A stretch of 64,000 nt of DNA from the human T2T-CHM13v2.0 reference genome, Homo sapiens, in the NCBI RefSeq assembly GCF_009914755.1, contig NC_060941.1, one strand, 5' to 3'. The notes under the pieces were generated by a model. That model saw only the letters and a list, made by a program, of their open reading frames with translations. It had not been told where the DNA came from and ran no database searches. The position numbers and the translations under genes were made by a program. Positions 16,369 to 33,751 of the stretch are shown here, in pieces; position 1 is the stretch's first letter, and every line of letters starts with the position of its first letter.

Positions 16369-16643
16369 TTAAAACTGTCCAGCAGCGGAACAAGCTGGCC
16401 TTATCGTGACAGCCTCCCTAGGACTGTGCTGTGAGAGGAAAATTGTACCTGTAGGACCAGAAAAAGACTTCTCCCTCCTCTGTCTCTGACGGCTTTTGCA
16501 GGAGCAGGCTGGCAGTTCTGCTCAATTCTTTTGTTTGTTGCTGTAACTGTTATTGTTATGGAATGTCCACCTAAAAACTAAAATAGGACACATACAACTC
16601 CAGTCCTTGCAGTCGATTCTTCACCCTGTAAAATTACATACTT

Positions 16644-17280
<637 letters not shown>

Positions 17281-17286
17281 AGTATG

Positions 17287-17685
17287 CTGTTACGGACCAA
17301 ATTGTGTGCCCTCAAAATTTCTATGTTGAAGCTCCAGTCCCCAGTATCTCAGAATATGACTGTATTTGTAGATAGAGCCTTAGAAAAAGGTAATTAAGTT
17401 AAAGTAAAATCACTATGGCGAACCAGTCTGACTGGTGTCCTTATCGGAAGAAGAGATGAGGACACCTGAGTGACACCAGGGATGCCCATACAGAGAGAAG
17501 GCCGTGTGAGGACAGTGAGAAGACAGCCATCTGCAAGCCACAGAGACAGGCCTCAGGAGAAACCAACCATGCTGACACCTTAATCTCGAACTTTTAGCCT
17601 CCAGAACTGTGAGATAATGCATTTCTGTTGCCTATGCCCCCCAGCCTGTGGTATTTTATTATGGCAGGCCCGGGAAACTCATACA
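17287..17685 (+). mobile_element. MLT1B-like MaLR solo LTR
   Basis: TGTTACGGACCAAATTGTGTGCCCTCAAAATT...GCCTCCAGAACTGTGAGATAAT...AAACTCATACA. Confidence 0.75.
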
Positions 17686-17699
17686 TTTTCCCACAGCAC

Positions 17700-18030
17700 T
17701 ACTTTGGTACATGTTGCTTTAAAATTGTATTAAACGTGCATTTTCCCATGAACAATATATAACATTGCTTTGGACATTTCTTGACTTTGTATGGATGGCA
17801 TTGCATCATGTGTATCCTTCTCAGCTTGCTCTTTTGCTTAACGTTATTTTTATGAGATTCATCCATGTGCATTCATGCTGCTGTCACTGGTGCTTTTTCA
17901 TTGCTATATAGTATTCCATTTTACGAGTGTGCTACAGTGTATTTACCCATGCCATGATGATGGGCTTTTAGACTGTTTAGAGTTATTCACTATCACAGAC
18001 AATGCTCCAATAAGTATTTTCTCAGTCCCA
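17700..18030 (-). mobile_element. Ancient L1M 3' fragment, antisense
   Basis: TGAGATTCATCCATGT...TTCATTGCTATATAGTATTCCATT. Confidence 0.6.
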
Positions 18031-18667
18031 GTATGTAAGTGGGAAATGGAAGTAAAGGTGAAACTCAGTTCTCCTTCCAGCATGATCACCATATAAGCTC
18101 TTAAAAAAAAAATTCAGCCAATCAAACAACACTGACAGATAACCCTGTTCCAGGCAGCCACTGACATGGAAATTAATGCAGGACAGAAGATGCAGTTTCT
18201 ACTAGGGAGAGTAATCTTTACCTACAACAAATATTTACTGAAAGATCATTCTGGGGAAATGACTTAAACAAGGCATTGAGAATATAAAGATGAATAGGAC
18301 GAAGCTCTTGCTTTCATGGGCTTCACAATCTCATTGGATGGTTCCACAGACAACAAAAAGGGTGAACACTAGGGAGCAGCTTACACTAGGAACCAGATGA
18401 GTAGTGTGGGGGAGCAGTGCTCTGGGAAATTGGGAAAACTCACTTTGGGCTGAGGACAAGGTCTTCATACCGGACTTGAAGATGACTAGACTCAGAGAAA
18501 CACAGAGAAAAAGGGAACTACCCCATGTGGGAGTTGCTCTCAGTAGCAGAGATTGGAAAAGCATGTGGTCAGCTTAGCAGACAGTAGTTGACAAAGGTGT
18601 TTGTCAAGGAGTTGTAGGAGAGAGATTTAGAGGTTGAATGGGGCAAGATATGGATGCCTGGGGAGAC

Positions 18668-18743
18668 TGTGCCTGATCCTCTAAGTAAAAGGGAACTTTG
18701 TGGATTGTGCTTAATCCTCTAAGTAAAAGGGAACTTTGAGGAT
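18668..18743. repeat. 38-bp tandem duplication (2 copies, 3 mismatches)
   Basis: TGTGCCTGATCCTCTAAGTAAAAGGGAACTTTGTGGAT followed by TGTGCTTAATCCTCTAAGTAAAAGGGAACTTTGAGGAT. Confidence 0.9.
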
Positions 18744-18939
18744 TACCTATGAAATGTTGAATGCCCACTCCTAAGAGTGTGTGAAGAGAGGGCAACCACT
18801 GTGTTCAGGAGATGATACAGAGCCCATTTCTACAACAGGATGAAGTTGAGCTACCTCACCTCTAAGACCCTATCCTCTGCATCTAGCTCCCATTTGTAGA
18901 ATGAATGTATTATGACGAATGAACAAAAGGCAACCCAGT

Positions 18940-19120
18940 AGATGGTGTTTAAATACGAAGGCTCCAGACTTGGGCTCAACCCTCATCCTCACCATGAGTG
19001 TCCTTTCTGAGCCTCTGTTCCCCCTTCTGTACAACAGCGAGGATAAATGTATAGACACCTGGGACCACACAGGCAGAGTCCCTGGTGCAGTGCTAGCCTG
19101 ATGAACGTTCAGCAACACGA
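18940..19120 (+). mobile_element. MIR SINE
   Basis: CTTTCTGAGCCTCTGTTCCCCTTCTGTACAAC core. Confidence 0.55.
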
Positions 19121-19446
19121 TGGCCCTTGTGAGGTTGAAGCACCACTTTAGTAAGGCAGATCAGATAGGACCTTTGATAATAACACCTACCACAACCCAT
19201 TTTATGATGCTTTTATTTCAAAGTGTTTCCATCTCAACCATCTTATTTATTTCAACGCACAATACCTTGCATTAGGAACGCCTTGAGAACTTTTAGCATC
19301 ATCAAAATAGATACATGGTATGGGATAGAATAGGGCATGATCCAAATTCTTCATGAATTTAGGAATCCATTTTGGATTCCCTTGTTTTTGGAGGTTCTTC
19401 AGAGGCAGCAAGGTAGCTCATTAGCCAAACTGTCAAGTGCACTTAA

Positions 19447-19762
<316 letters not shown>

Positions 19763-19989
19763 GCACTTAATTTGTCATCCTGAAACAGGAGAAAAATCTC
19801 CAGGAGGTCTTACTTCCTAGTCCCAGCTCTGCTCATCACTGGACAAACTGCTTTTCCACATCTGGAAGGAATGGGAGAAAAACTATCCCTCAAAACTCAC
19901 TAGAATCTGTTCTAATAAGGAAGACTGTCTTACTCATCTTTGTATGTTCAGAGGCTAGTTTGGGGCCTAACCAGGCATTTGTCTGGGAC

Positions 19990-20170
19990 ATGGTATGGCC
20001 CAGACTCAAGAGCACAGGCTTTGGAATCAGGTAGCCTTGAGCTCACACCAGGGAATAGTAGGCCACTGCCAGCAATGAGCCTGTGAGCAAATGACCTAAC
20101 CACTGGTCCCCTCACTCTTCTCATCTGTAAACTGGGCCAATAAATTTGCAAGGCCAGTGAGGATTGGTGC
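19990..20170 (+). mobile_element. MIR SINE
   Basis: AAGAGCACAGGCTTTGGAATCAG...CTCATCTGTAAACTGGG. Confidence 0.65.
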
Positions 20171-21959
20171 TCAGGGGTGCAACAAACCCAGCACAGAGAA
20201 GCCACACTGCTGATTTTCAAGCCTATGGCTTAGAGAAGATTTTCCCCAAATAGATTTTTCTGAGCACCATCTCAGATTCGCCTCTGCTGTTTTAAGGATA
20301 AAATGCAGATTCAGAGCTCTGTGCAAACCTACTGAATCAAAGCAGAGATTAGCTTTCCCATTCTGTATTTTTAGGAAGCTCTCCAGGAAATTTGGGTATG
20401 CACTCAAGTTTAAGTGTAAGGCCTGATTTAGGTTCTATTGGATGGATAAACCGCTCCTCCCAGTAAATTATTACACCTGGCTTTTACTCTCAGGCATCAG
20501 GAAATTGGGATGAGAAGCTCCTGCTTAGAGGAGATGGCAACAGCCCTGTCAGGGGCTTCAAACACAGTTAACACTGTAGGAAAGACAGACTTGGGAAGCT
20601 TCCATGGAGACCTCGAAGATCCCCTGACACCAGGCAGGCAGCATGAAGCACAGAGATGCCTTTGCCTCCCAGCACACCACAGATTGGCAGTGAGCTTCAC
20701 TTGAACAAGGCCATGCACCTTGGTAATGTTCTCCTCATTTCCACAGACCTCAGCCAGCCAAAGTTCCCGTGCTAAGCACAGAGACACCTCTCCTCCCTTT
20801 ATCTTAACGGGGCCAAGTTCTTCAGGCAGAGCCAATGATGCAAAAAAGCCAAACACAGAAACACTTAAAGGCATAAAGCAAACACCATTTTTAGCAGAGG
20901 TTTCCTAAAATGACAAGATTGTTTGCAACATTTTTTGATGACAGCGATGATGATGACAAATAATCCACCGTCAGTAGGAAGCTGAGCTTTTATTCTTCCA
21001 TTTTGAATAACGTCCACTTTAAAAGGTTAGATTGCTCTGCAGTGAGGTTAAAACCATTGTTATTCCTCCTCCATCTTGGAATAGATAAAAGAGTATTTCT
21101 GAAGACTCCAAGAAGGTTGTTAGAGCAAGAAATAAATGTTGTGTGGATTTTCCAATGTTGTTGAGCAAAGGTGAACTACTCTAGAAGCAAGTGGAAGGTC
21201 AGGATGTAAATCTCTCTAGCTGCAGACGTATCTAAACGTTAGTATCTACGGAAGGTCAATTGATTGTCTGCGAGTTCAAAATAAATGGGTCATATTCTCA
21301 GTGGCTCCTAAATCTGGTCTTGCAAGACCTTAAAGTTTTTCCATTTATTTGAAAGAGTGGGAGACAGTGGTGTTTGGTGGTTGAAGAGGGTGGGGGATGT
21401 TTGCTGATAGTACTGACAAGCAAGGTGAGCACAGTCTTTTAAAGTGGCACATTTTCAATAGCTTTCAGTTGAAATGTTGGTGTGAAAGTTATTAAGAGAA
21501 TGGTGATAAACCATTAGGGGAAGCAGTGTGAAAGGGAGGTCAGGGTATTCAATACGAGCTTGAATCATAGGGGTCAAATAAGGAGACACACAGAGAAACA
21601 GGCACAGCTGAGGCTTTGTAAATGTGCTCTCACCCTGGCCAATGCCCAGCACAAGCCTCAGGGTCCACTCCACCTCAGAAGCTGAGGGTGACACCTCCTT
21701 ACAAAGGCTTGGTACTCTTGATGCTAAAGCCACCTTCGACTTTTAACTGGGGGTGCAAATAAGGGTCAATAGCAAGAAGGAGAGGTCAAAGATACTCAAA
21801 ATAATTAAGCTTCCTGCCACTAAAAATTTAAGCCAATGGAAACATATTTGAGATGGCTATAACAGGAAGAGAATCCTATCCTGGGTAGGAAATTCAAAGG
21901 TGTTTGCCCCTGGGAAGATTTCATCTGTACCCTTCATATTTAGAACACCATCTACACTA

Positions 21960-22490
21960 CTGAGTGTCCAAAAGCCATTCTTTCTTGCATTCTGAACTCT
22001 GTATTCTGGTCTCAATCCTTTCCCATGAAATATAGAGAAAATTCCTGAATGGACCATCCAGAGAAGCATGGCAATCCCAATGCCAATTCTAGTGGGGTCA
22101 GCTTAGGAAGGAGCACATGAACCAGCCCCGATTAACAAGCTTATCTTGCTAAGATAAGAGAGCAAGTCTTTTGGGATTTTCTGGGAGCTATTTCCTCTAT
22201 TGGAAATAGAGAGATACAGGGGAGAACTCTCTTTCTCTCCTAGAGATCGTCTTGTCTGGATGCCATACTTGGAACTGCTGAAGCCATTCTGAGACCATGA
22301 GAGGAGCCATTACTCCAAAATGGAAAATGGGAGAGGTGAAAAACCTGCCCAGCTGCCCAATCAACCAACCTTAGAGCTGCCCTATTTCAGGTTTTCTTGT
22401 TAAGTGACATAATAAGTTTTCCCCATTGCTTGTAACAAATTGAATTTGGAGGTTTTGTTCCCTGCAGCTTAAAGTACCCTCACTGATGCA
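21960..22490 (+). mobile_element. Old MLT1 (J/K/L-type) MaLR LTR
   Basis: TGGAACTGCTGAAGCCATTCTGAGACCATGAG and 3' end TGTTCCCTGCAGCTTAAAGTACCCTCACTGATGCA. Confidence 0.6.
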
Positions 22491-22694
22491 AAAACATGAA
22501 CATTCTCAGGTTGATGGTCAGACTTCATTCTGCCTTTGTCTCTTTAAATACATAGTTCCATCATTAGGAGAACACATGTACAACACCCAAGATCAAATGG
22601 AGACTGCATAGAAAGAACAGGCTGGCAAACCCATTGGAAAGTACAGCTTTCTCCTTGCCCAATCTTACCAAATTGAATGAAATTAAGAATAGCT

Positions 22695-22987
<293 letters not shown>

Positions 22988-23409
22988 AAGAATAGCTAAC
23001 ATGTATTTCTATGTACATTCTAGGCACAGTGATGGGCATTTTACAGCAATTATCTCTTTTCATCCTAACTTTTTAGATATCTACTGATATTGTTGTTTTG
23101 ATGACAATAAGTTACCTGGGAAATATTGATAATCATTCTTGTTAATCATAGAGGATTATTTAATCCTTTCATTTAAATGCCTTATGCAAAGTATGTACAC
23201 ATTCATTCTGACATTTGATTTTCCCAGTTTTTTAGTACATGAAAATTAAAGCTGAGAGCACACAACTGGTAAACAGGGAATCGGAAATTGAATCTTGACC
23301 TCACCCAGTACTCTTCTCACTTTACCTTATGTCTCCCATACACTGCCATTAACAGGGTCCAATTATTTAAAAGCTGGAATAAAAATTATACTCTTGTTGT
23401 GGCCTAAAG

Positions 23410-23550
23410 CCTTGCTACTCAAATATCACCTGAAAGCTTGTGATAAATGTAAAATCTCAAGCCTCACCCCAGACCCGCTGAATAAGAAACTGCTTTTCAG
23501 TAAAATTCCCAGTAATTCAAATGTACATGACAGCGTGAGGAGTACTGGGC
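23410..23550. mobile_element. MER5A fragment
   Basis: GCTACTCAAA...CCCCAGACCCGCTGAATAAGAAACT...GTGAGGAGTACTG. Confidence 0.55.
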
Positions 23551-23870
23551 TAGAGGGTGCAGCCCTCGGAAGAAAGGAAGGCAGCAGTAATTACAGAATG
23601 TTAGTCTAAGAGAACTCAAGAAAGACCATGGAGGTGACAGCAAGTGTCTGTGGGGGGCCGGCATGGGCTGTCTGTGCAGTGTTTATATGAGTTTGGTAGT
23701 CAGTCTCCTGGCAAAAGTTAATCTAGTTGCTTTGTGTTCCAAATAACAGAAGAGTCATCTTGGCTTAAACATTAGTTCTTACACTGAGTAGCTGAGAAAC
23801 ACACTTCTGAATACAAACACAAGATAAATCAAGAGTAAATTGAATTCAGCACCTGGATCCAACCAGTCTA

Positions 23871-23948
23871 GCAGTGAGCCAAGATCGCACCACCACACTC
23901 CAGCCTGGGTGACAGAGCAAGACTGAAAAAAAAGAAAAAGAAAGAAAG
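23871..23948 (+). mobile_element. Alu 3'-terminal fragment
   Basis: GCAGTGAGCCAAGATCGCACCACCACACTCCAGCCTGGGTGACAGAGCAAGACT plus A-rich tail, fused directly to an L1 ORF2 fragment. Confidence 0.85.
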
Positions 23949-26531
<2,583 letters not shown>

Positions 26532-26539
26532 TGACCCTA

Positions 26540-27150
26540 ATGACATTTTAGAAAGAGCAAGAAATATAGTAGATAGTGTTAAATATTAAATTAATGACAC
26601 AGAGAAGGGCTTCAGGTATTCTCAATGAATGAGAAAGACAAATTAAAGCAATCGCAGAGTGGATGATTCATGTAGAAGACCAAGAAGATCCAACTGAAAG
26701 CTAACTGGGGCTCCTGTCATTAAGGACCAAAAACTGGGAAAAAAATATTTAGAGATACAGCATTGAAAAATTTCCATGAAATGGAAAAAACAGAATCTAC
26801 AGATTAAATTCATACAACATATATGGGAAATAATAAGTGACAGAAAATTATTGGCATCAACACATAACCTCATTAAATGATTTAACTTCAAGGATAAAGA
26901 CAGAATTTTTATCCCTCCTGACAAAAAAAAAAAAAATTATAGTTCAGTGCAGGAGAAAAAGTCAGGCTGGCTTAAGATTTTACCACAAAAAATTCAGCAT
27001 GAGTTATTGACTGTGGAGTGATACTTTAAAAGTTACGAGGGAAATAAAGTATAAAACAAGAATATATCTAGCCAAGTTCATTCTCAAGTATAAGAGCAAG
27101 TAAAAAACTCAATAATATGCCACTCTTAAGCCACTGTGGGAGAAGAAAAT
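26540..27150 (+). mobile_element. Ancient L1M ORF1 or HAL1-like fragment
   Basis: AGAAGATCCAAC...AATTTCCATGAAATG...AAGAATATATCTAGCCAAGT resemble L1 ORF1 motifs. Confidence 0.5.
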
Positions 27151-27413
27151 AAACTATTCCTATTTCTCTCTCTTTATGGTTTCTAAATCTTTTTGCCTAA
27201 AATTCAAAAAAAAAAAATTGAGATCTGATGTTTAGTGCAGTGAAAATTTCTTCAGATTTACTTCGTCTTCTCTTTGTTCATTTAAATGAAAGTTGAAACC
27301 TTTTATTAAAGTATAAAAACGTTAGGAGAATTTCATGCCACCTAAGAGTTGGCAGGATTACTACTTGGACAGGTCGTTTGAGTTAGCAAATGCAAAGCAA
27401 ATACATCACATGT

Positions 27414-27438
27414 CACACAAACACACACACACACACAG
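27414..27438. repeat. (CA)n microsatellite, short
   Basis: CACACAAACACACACACACACACA. Confidence 0.85.
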
Positions 27439-27571
27439 ACATTGTGGTTGTACAAGACCCAAGTGCTTACAAACTCACTAGACTGTATGTTTCCATCTCT
27501 AATCAGATGTTCTGTTTGGTAAAATAAAGTATATCTTTTAGCAGGTCTATATCTTGCTATGAATTTCCTGA

Positions 27572-27919
<348 letters not shown>

Positions 27920-28504
27920 AGAGATTTCATTTTTTAAAATACATAGGCCTTGGTATGTGTTATTTCTAGAAGCTTTCATTTCCAGTATCCACACTCACTG
28001 ATTTAAAGAAAAGTTTCTTTCTTGCATAGGAATTTAGAATCCCCTGTATCTCCCTGTGACTGCGAGCTATTGCAGAGTCCTGTATGTTCTTGTTTACTTA
28101 GGAGTTCAAAGACAACCAGGAGAAGGCAGCACAGCAATATACAGCTGTGATCCTGTTTTTCTCCTTTAAAGAAACAAAAATGGCTATTTTGCATCCTGAT
28201 TGAACAGCCCAGACCTTGGCAAATATATTATTCCATGGCATTCTTTGTGAGAGTGATATCTTGGAGAGAATAAAAAGGTAAGGCCACCCCTCTGTAGGCA
28301 GAAGTGGAGTCTCTTCTAAAGGAAATGAGCTGTCAGTCATTTAAAAGAGATCAGTCCTGGGATAGAAAAGGAAGACTTGGTGGATGAGCCTTAAACTGGC
28401 TTAGAGGGAAGCTTCCTTCTCCCTTTGGGGGCCTTCCAGCAATTGAGCCTGAATTTTAAGGCAGAGAATTGCACAGAGCTTCCCAGTGAGGAAGAAAAGA
28501 GTAG

Positions 28505-29070
<566 letters not shown>

Positions 29071-31941
29071 TTATTACATGGAGCAAGAAGGAAGCCTGAT
29101 AAAGAATCTCAGAATTGGGCTGGACAGATGGAGAGAGATATGAGAAGTCATAATCAGCCTTTTGGTAAAGGCTCTATCAGAGTTATGGTTCTGTCTTTGT
29201 ATCATTAGGAGGGAAGACTTACCCCCCATCTCACCCCCTGGCCCATCGCCCCAAAGCCAGGTGGAGGCAGCGTGGTCACTAGCAGCTGGTCACTATGCCC
29301 CACACTGGTGAGCTCTAGCAGGTCTATTAATATCAATGTGGCAGCATGATGTGGTATCCAGCATCCTCTTCAGAAACATGTTAGGCACACTTTCAGGAGG
29401 CCTAATTTCCCATAATTAAGCCAGCAGGGGTGTTCACCATCAAAATTTAGACATTAAAAGGAAGTAAGTTCTACCTTGGCCAAAAAGTGATGAGGCCTCA
29501 CCATTTGGATTATTCTAGTATAAGTATCCCAACACAACAGGTGCTCCAGACAGGGCATCAGTGAGGAACAGCAGGTACATAACACCCAGGGCCTCCCTGC
29601 TCTGCAGTGCTGTGGTTTGGGATGGCCTGGGATCAGCCCTCCCGCCCTGTATCACAGCTGTGGAGGTGTGAAAGCAGAGAGACCAGATGCCAGGAGCACT
29701 TACATGCCTTAGATTAGTCTCCGAGGACAATCACAGTCGTAGGACAGATGACGATGTGAGCAGAAAGGGTGATTAGTCATTACTGAAACTTTGGAATACT
29801 CTCCAGCCAGTGCTAAGATGATAAAACAACAACAGAAAAGACCTCTTTTCTGCTGGGCAAGCCCCTGGTAACCTTTGCCACTGAACTAAAAGCTTTCAAA
29901 GGGCGAACAGAAGAGCCATAAATCTCAGGGGTGACATTAAATATTTGTCACTGAAACACTTAAGACTTGTTTCAAAACCATTCCTTTCTGAAAGTTTATA
30001 ACAAATAACTGGGTGACTTAACCTCTACAAGAGCATCTCCTTTTTCACTACAAATGGAAACAAATGGTCTATAAAGAGCGGGACCCTGCTGATGGTCAAT
30101 TCTCAGCCACTGTGTGGTCTCCCAGCCCTGCCCAAATGGGTGAGTTGCCCCTTTTGTTTAGATTAAACTGGCTCTTGCATCCATGACATCAGGGCAGCAA
30201 AGGTTTTAACTGGACTTTCTTTTAAACTGCCCATTAATCTTCCCTCCCTTCACCCTGCTGAAAGAATGAGTAAAGTAAATTATTTACATTCTGATGTTGC
30301 AAGAACTCTTCCTACATTAAGCTTTCAGTTGAGCCTAAACATCTTTTTAGTGTTTTCCTCACAACCCCTCCCCTTATCATAACTCCATAGCTTCTCAGAG
30401 AGATCACCTGTTAGACTAAAATATGACAGGGATACAAACCTCTTCCTAACCACCTGTGTGTGCCCTGGGCACACATACCAGAGAGAAAACGTTTTTAGCC
30501 AAGTTCCAATTTTACCAAGTTCCAAATATGACAATCTTCATTCCCAGCATTCTAGAGTTTGCTCTTCAGTATGCCATAATATTCCTTCGGCATCTCCGGA
30601 GGAAAACTGAAGCGTATCAGAAACTTTGCAAAAGATGTTCGTTATGCCTCTTGTCAGAGTGAGGAGCAAAGGCTTTTGTTGGGAAGAGTAATGTCACCTG
30701 CATCAGCTCCCTCTGGGCTCAGAGGGACAAGCAGCCACCTACATGGAGGGTTTTCAAGCATGGAGCTGGGAGGTGGCTCAATAGGACACACACCCACATT
30801 AAAGTTCCCATTCAACCCTGAAATCCCACTTCAGACAATTCACTTCTCTTGTATGACAGAGAAAAAGAAAGAAAGAAGGTTCTTGTAAGGTATCAGAGTA
30901 GAAGGAGCCAGAAAAGGCCATTGAAAAGGAATTCATAAAGCAAGGTCAGAGAATGAGGAAAGAATTGGAAGCACAGACCGTCACAGGCATCAGGAAACCT
31001 GGGCTGCCTGCAGTCAAAATAACTAATTCCTATTAAGTTTGAATTAATGAAGTAACTTTTAATTAGAGAAAGATAAACCAAGTAATATCTATTAGGACAA
31101 AGATGCATTTACGAAGCATCTGTTCCTCCCTCTCTTAATATGCTGCCTCATTCGTTTCCTTAGGCCTTAATTTCTTTTGGCCTTCTTTACAAGTTCTTAG
31201 CTTCCCCTAACAAGCATTTGTTATTTAAAGTCAGCACCCATATAAGTCATATTTTGCTGCCTCTTGCCCAAACTTTGCCACTAACTGCAGACGTGTGTCC
31301 CCTGAAAATCACCTCCAACCATTGATAATTTCAGTATGCTCCCAAGGAGAACAGTGTCACCTCTGGCTTTGCTTTGGTTAGTGGTTAACATTCTCTTGCT
31401 CTGATATTTTGACACCAATGATGTCCTGAGGCATGAAGGTCCCCTCTGAGCCTTGCCACTGGCTTCTGCTAGGAATTGCCATCCCTCACTATGTTCTCCA
31501 ACGAATGCAGAAGGACAGGGAATGCTGTTTTCTGGGGTCCATAGGGCACCAAAGCTCCCTGTAAAATTCTCCCTTCTTTTGTTCCTTTTGTACCTCACTC
31601 TTTCTTATGAACAACAAAAAAATGCTGCCTGTGTTTCCATATCTTACTGTTATTGGCCAAAAATTCTTTAGATTTTTGCTCAGACACATCGTCCTTGTTG
31701 GTTCCCAGATAGCAGCCAGGATCAGGATACAAATCTGAGTGCAAAGCACTGCCTGGAACTCAGATTCCTCTCTCCCTTCCACTGCACATGGGCTTGGCAC
31801 TGGGCCAAGTTTTTCTCCATGGCACTTTATGGCTATCAACTTCTGGTGGCCAGTCCTACTGGTAATGCAGACATGTAAATTCTGGCAATAGACACAGCTG
31901 AGACTCAAGCTGGCGGACCCAGCCTCTGCCTCACACACACT

Positions 31942-31985
31942 AGTATTACTTAACTCATACTAAAGTATTACTTAACTTGTACTAA
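31942..31985. repeat. 22-bp tandem duplication
   Basis: AGTATTACTTAACTCATACTAA followed by AGTATTACTTAACTTGTACTAA. Confidence 0.85.
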
Positions 31986-32069
31986 AAAGCCATCAAGTCT
32001 CAGCTAGCTCTTTTGTAGCCCCCCCCCCGCTTCTTTATTTCTGGAGAAATTCATAAATACTGGCTAGAG

Positions 32070-32225
32070 ACCAGTGGCATCGGGAATGCCTGCATCGTTT
32101 GTTAAAAATACAGACACCGGGCCCCCATCCAGAGCTTTCGAATCAGAAGCTCTTTGTTAAGACTCAAGCATCTTTTTCTTTTTAAGTTCGTTCAAATGAT
32201 TCTTTCAGACATCTAGCTTCGCAAA
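32070..32225. mobile_element. MER5A-like fragment
   Basis: TTGTTAAAAATACAGACACCGGGCCCCCATCCAGAG...GAATCAGAA. Confidence 0.55.
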
Positions 32226-32884
32226 GGGCTATTTCAGAGCGCCAGTCTAATTTCAGCCCTGTCTGAGCACATCTTACCCTCATCAAATTTGACTTCTTCT
32301 AGAATATCATTCTCTCTTGGCCTTCCCAGACTTGCATAATTAAGGCATGTTATGGCCCCTCTTCACATCTGCTCTTTCTACTAGACTCTCTCAAGGTGAG
32401 TCTGAGCTAAAGCTTTAGTTAGTGCTTCACCCACTTGTGGAGATGGAGGGAGGAGGGGCGTGAGGGGATTCAGATACTAGGGTGCCACCCTGTATCTGGA
32501 TTCAACATATCCAGAGCTGGGCCCAGGAATCTTTTTGTTGGTTTGCAAGGTGCCTCAAGTTTGGGAACCTTAGTAGGATTTAACATGGTGATGGGTTTTT
32601 TTTTGTTGTCGTTGTTTTTGAGTGGGGGAGGCGGGGGTGGGCAAGCATGGGCCAATATATGTTAGAAACAATTATCTCACAATTTTTACTTGTATAACCA
32701 AAAGGTTTCCTCATGATAAGAAACAAATTTTAAAAATTTACTACCTTTGAAATGCATCAGAAAATAAAGTGGATTGATAGATGAGTAACAGGATGGATAT
32801 ATGGATGAATCAGGAAATCTAGTAAGATGCTAGTAGTAGAATCTAAGTAGGCAGGTACATGGATATTTGTTGTTGTTGTTGCTT

Positions 32885-33198
32885 TTATTTATTTATTTAT
32901 TCATTTTGAGACTCACTCTGTTTCTCAGGCTGGAGTGTAGTGGTACCAAGGTGGCTCACTGCAGCCTTGACCTCCTGGGATCAAGCCTAGGTCACTTCAG
33001 CCTCCCAAGTAGCTGGGACTACAGGCATGCGCCACCACACCCGACTAATTTATTTTATTTTGTTTTATTTCATTTTATTTTAGAGACAGGGTGTCACTAT
33101 GCTGCCCAAACCGGTCTCAGACTCCTGGGCTCAAGTGATCCTCCTGCCTCAGCCTCCCAAAGTGCTGAGATTACAGGTGTGAGCTACCACACCCAGCC
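32885..33198 (-). mobile_element. AluJ
   Basis: GCTCACTGCAGCCTTGACCTCCTGGG and CTCCTGGGCTCAAGTGATCCTCC (J diagnostics). Confidence 0.88.
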
Positions 33199-33464
33199 TT
33201 GTTGTATAATTCTTGCAACTTTATGTACGTTGGAAACTTTTTATAATGAAATGGTGGGATTAAAGACACTAGGATTAAATTTTGCCTCAAAATTATATTT
33301 TAACTCTAAACCTCAACTTAATAATGATTAATAATGACTAAGTTGAGGTCATCTAATATAATCATTAGATGACTGATAGGTGATTGATTACTCCAATGCC
33401 CCCTAAATGTTATGTATACTATATCTGAAGTAATTTATTACCTATGTCAGTAAATTAATTTTTT

Positions 33465-33751
33465 TAAATGGTGGTAGAGATGCGGTCTCATTGTGTTGTC
33501 AAGCTGAGTGCAGTGGTGTGATCATAGCTTACTTCAGTCTTGAACTCCTAGGCTCGACAATTCTCCTGCCTTAGCCTCCTGACCATAGGCATGCACTACC
33601 ATGCCCAGCTTTTTTTTTTTTTTTTTAATGTTTTGTGAAGATAGGGTCTCACTTTATTTCCCAGGCTGGTCTTGAACTCTTGGCTTCAAGCGATCCTCCC
33701 GCCTTGGCCTTCCAAAGTGCTGAGCACAGGCATGAGCCACCTCGCTGGGCC
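33465..33751 (-). mobile_element. AluJ
   Basis: GATCATAGCTTACT and GGCTTCAAGCGATCCTCCCGCC. Confidence 0.85.
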
